A stretch of DNA of 64,000 nt, taken from NCBI GenBank assembly GCA_002633005.1, contig NMRA01000018.1, forward strand, positions 1,189,531 through 1,253,530. The letters are read 5' to 3'. The stretch comes from Phoronis australis. Its lineage: Eukaryota > Animalia > Phoronida. Position numbers and translations under genes: made by a program. The notes beneath the pieces are model-generated. The model worked only from the letters and a program-made list of their open reading frames with translations. It made no database searches and was not told where the DNA came from. Below are positions 60,722 through 64,000 of the stretch, in pieces (the first letter of the stretch is position 1; every line of letters begins with the position of its first letter).

Positions 60722-62809
60722 TCAGCGCTCCTTTACGGCACAATAAACAAGTTTTGATTCAGACCATTTACCGCTATGTCATTGGTCTCATTCAGATCGC
60801 CATATGATTTCTGGGCTTGGAAACAAGCAATTTGTTGTTACTTGAGAGTCAGCTCTACGTATCAGTTTGTGTGACGAGCATGATCCCAAGCAACAACCAT
60901 GTGTAGACTCTATCCAAGCCCAGGAAGTTTTATGGCGGATTAGGTTTACTTGACAGAACGTGGGTTAATAGCCTCTGGAATTGTTTTATCGTAAATAACT
61001 CTAGACAACAAGCAAAAAAATGAAACCTTTGATGACAACGAAGCACTAAAAGGCCAGGACTAACGTTACATCATTTGCAATCATAACAGGAATGCTTTAC
61101 ATCACCTTTTTAAATATTCATCCGCGCGTCTGATGCTTCAAATTAGCCCAATACCGGGGATAGGGTTAACCGCATTTCTCTAAGGACCCCGTAATGACAG
61201 TAAGCCCAGATAATGCCTTGTCAGTCAATAGCATTGCAGGTCAGAAAACAATGACAAGTTTTACAATGAGAGATAGTTGAACGTCCTTGAGAAACTATGT
61301 GCATCAGAGTACGGCAAACAAGCTTGCGAGTTTTCAGAGCTTATTCCTACAGGCACGTACAGCTTTAGCTGCTGTGAGATTGACCAAACTCGGAATAGTG
61401 AGTTTTCAAAACTCTCATGTGCTGCTCCATCATGATCTAGTCTGTTTTATGATATGGCATTTCTATTTATGATATCATATGTTTTTATTTTCATTGCGTG
61501 TTGACTAAATAAACCTAAACAATTAATCAATCATTGAGTTCGAACACTTATATACTTAGCTTTTCACATCAAATCAAAACATCGAGAGTTTATTGTTGTT
61601 AAACGAAAATACGTGAAACTGGATCTTTTGTGACGGTGAGTTTGGACCTTTACCATTGTATCACTGTGAAAAACATGGCAAGTGGGACCTTCCGTTCCGT
61701 AGGCCACGCAAAATCAGTCTAGTGGAAAGGCGTAATGACGCCCACTGAAGTGATGACGTTGGAATATTTAATTATGGGCTAAAATTCGCTATTTCCGTTT
61801 CGTAAGCGGAGATTTCTCGCAGCAAGGGCATGGTTAATGCATTGGGTCTACAGAGCGTGTCCCAGTAATATTTTTTTCCAAAATCTTTGCTCAGTGGTTG
61901 TATCAGTCATCCATATATCGATTCTCAACATGTGTGTCATAAAATGTAACAACGTGGAACAAGTTCACCCCCCGTCAAAAAGAACAGACCGCATTAGAGT
62001 GAAGAGCAAACAATTGTTAACAGGTCTAAACAGTGCTTCCGTTGTCAGAAAAATTTCTGTGAATTCTAATGTCTTTCGCAATTAATCAAACAACCGTTCA
62101 CCACTGCCAGGGTGGCATTGTTTACCGGTTAGGAATAAATCAGAAATGGCTTGTTTTAACACGTGTTTGTGAGAGAGTTTTTTCAATAAAAAATCGTCCA
62201 GTCTATTAATGCCTAAACAACAGAAAACGTGTCGCTGAAAGTTTGTTTATGGTTTTGTTGAGATAAAAAGTTCGCCTGTATGTCCGAATGAGCATTGAAC
62301 ACGCACGAGTAGTATTTTATTGTTTCTAATGGTCTACGTTTAAATAAACGGTCTGTGATTTAGACCTTTTAAATTACCCGTAGAAAAGTTTAAATCAACA
62401 CTCGTCAGTGCTAGTGAGGGAGGGGTTTGATAGTACTAACTCAAACTTCAAGGCAAATAAAAAGTCAAGAAACGAACGGGAATGTAAACAATGAACTGAA
62501 AATTCGACTTTTTTAACGCTATCTGTTTAATGAATACACAGGCGTCAGTAGCTAAAGACACTAGGGGCAAAACAAAGGGACCCCTTCTGTTGTCCATGTG
62601 GCGGTTCAGACATGATGGATTGTCTAAACCCTGGTCCACAGGTTGTTGCAGACGTTGTTGTATGTACTGCCAAACTGCAGTTGTCGCCAGCTGCTGCGTT
62701 TCCATTGCAGCTAGTCACTAACAGACATTTGGCCTGTTGTATTACACAACGGTTGCAGGAACCTACGAAAGTTGGCGCGACTGCGATTCACGCAACATTA
62801 TGTAAACTA

Positions 62810-62950
62810 GGGCTGCATTCCGTAGACCCGAGACATAAGCGAGAATGGTTGGTGTGATCACGTGCTTCTGTTAAAATGCTTTGCGACAACTCACAAGACT
62901 TTCGTGATCTCGCTTTCCTGTCAAGAAACCTGGTCTACGGAACGCAGCCC
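62810..62950. mobile_element. ~140-bp MITE (Harbinger-like GGGCTGC ends); related copy at 42356-42505
   Basis: GGGCTGCATTCCGTAGACC ... GGTCTACGGAACGCAGCCC. Confidence 0.7.
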
Positions 62951-64000
62951 AGGCTTAAGGCAGCTACAAACCCGCTTTCGTAACATTTGAAATATTGGTT
63001 AAGATCATTTTTCGTTATGAAATTGATCTCAAATTGTTCCTTAGTCAAATATGAGGTGGTTTCAGGGTTACGAGAGAAGTGATAGTTCGTCATTAGTTGA
63101 GGCCAGACTCTACAAGATGGTTTGTTACTGCATGTCATTTTTTGCACTAGCTTAGTCTCTAGGAGTAACGAATTGCCAGTTCTTTGCAAACCCAACAATG
63201 ACATCTCATGTGAGCAAGAAGCAAGTTATATGACCAGTTTTATAGCCGTACGTGACCTGAATCAAAAGTCCGATTTTTGGACGAAACACGCGTTTATCTG
63301 TCATTGTAAGCGAACATTCACAGCGACCGCCGGGTTTGAGTTATTTGCAATGAGCAGGCCCTATTGTACCCCTCTGTACTGTTTACGCCATATTTGACAA
63401 ACACCTTAGGAACGCGTTAACAAGACAGTAACGTAACCAATTATTGTCCATTTTAACAAGCGTGCTTGTAACCCTTCGCGAAGTGCGTATTCAATCCGAT
63501 CACGATAAATAGGTAATTTTCAGAGTTTCTCTTCTTAATCCGTTCGATTTGTCTCACTGAGTCCTCATTAGATACACGCGCAATGGTAGAAAGGTTGACC
63601 AAATCCCAGCCTTTATTGATAATATTAACATTTCGCTGTCATATGTAATTAAGAAAAGTATATGAAAATATCGAACTTCCGTATATCGAAATAATTTGAA
63701 TTAGATATGCGATTTTAGTAAGTAAAAAGTCAGATTGAAAAGGTGTGTGCTGTTCGTTTTTGGCTTACAAAAGTTCCGACTGATTACGCAAATGAGTGGA
63801 TCCACTTTGGCAAACTGTGGAGCGGAAGTTGCCAAACGCGTGGTAACCAGTAATTACAAAATTTGACAAAACAACCTTCTTAATACTAATGTATATAGTT
63901 CACTAATAGCGAAACTGATAAGTATTAAAGAATTATTGCTTTCGAGAAAAGATCGTCTATTTATCTGAATAGAAAATTCACCCTAAAAGCTAATGTCTTG

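Overview
AT-rich, intron-containing animal (invertebrate-type) genomic DNA from a draft assembly, with no prokaryotic features. It holds two divergently transcribed protein-coding genes. (1) Minus strand, 32748 to 4187: an 18-coding-exon gene that I spliced by hand. All junctions are GT-AG and phase-compatible, giving 8541 nt and about 2846 aa. The product is a class C (mGluR/CaSR-like) GPCR with a signal peptide, FIVE tandem Venus-flytrap (ANF-receptor type) domains joined by 3-Cys mini-linkers, no complete nine-cysteine domain, a 7TM region and a C-tail. Each flytrap module ends at a phase-0 intron in the same homologous position. (2) Plus strand from 55816: the first two coding exons of a Tbx20 (H15/midline) T-box gene, which continues beyond the window. 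Introns and the ~23 kb intergenic region contain a decayed hAT transposase interrupted by a MITE, a THAP-bearing TTAA-flanked (Kolobok-like) element, several MITE families and mini/microsatellites. Three tandem duplications joined by single N bases are probably haplotype/assembly artefacts.
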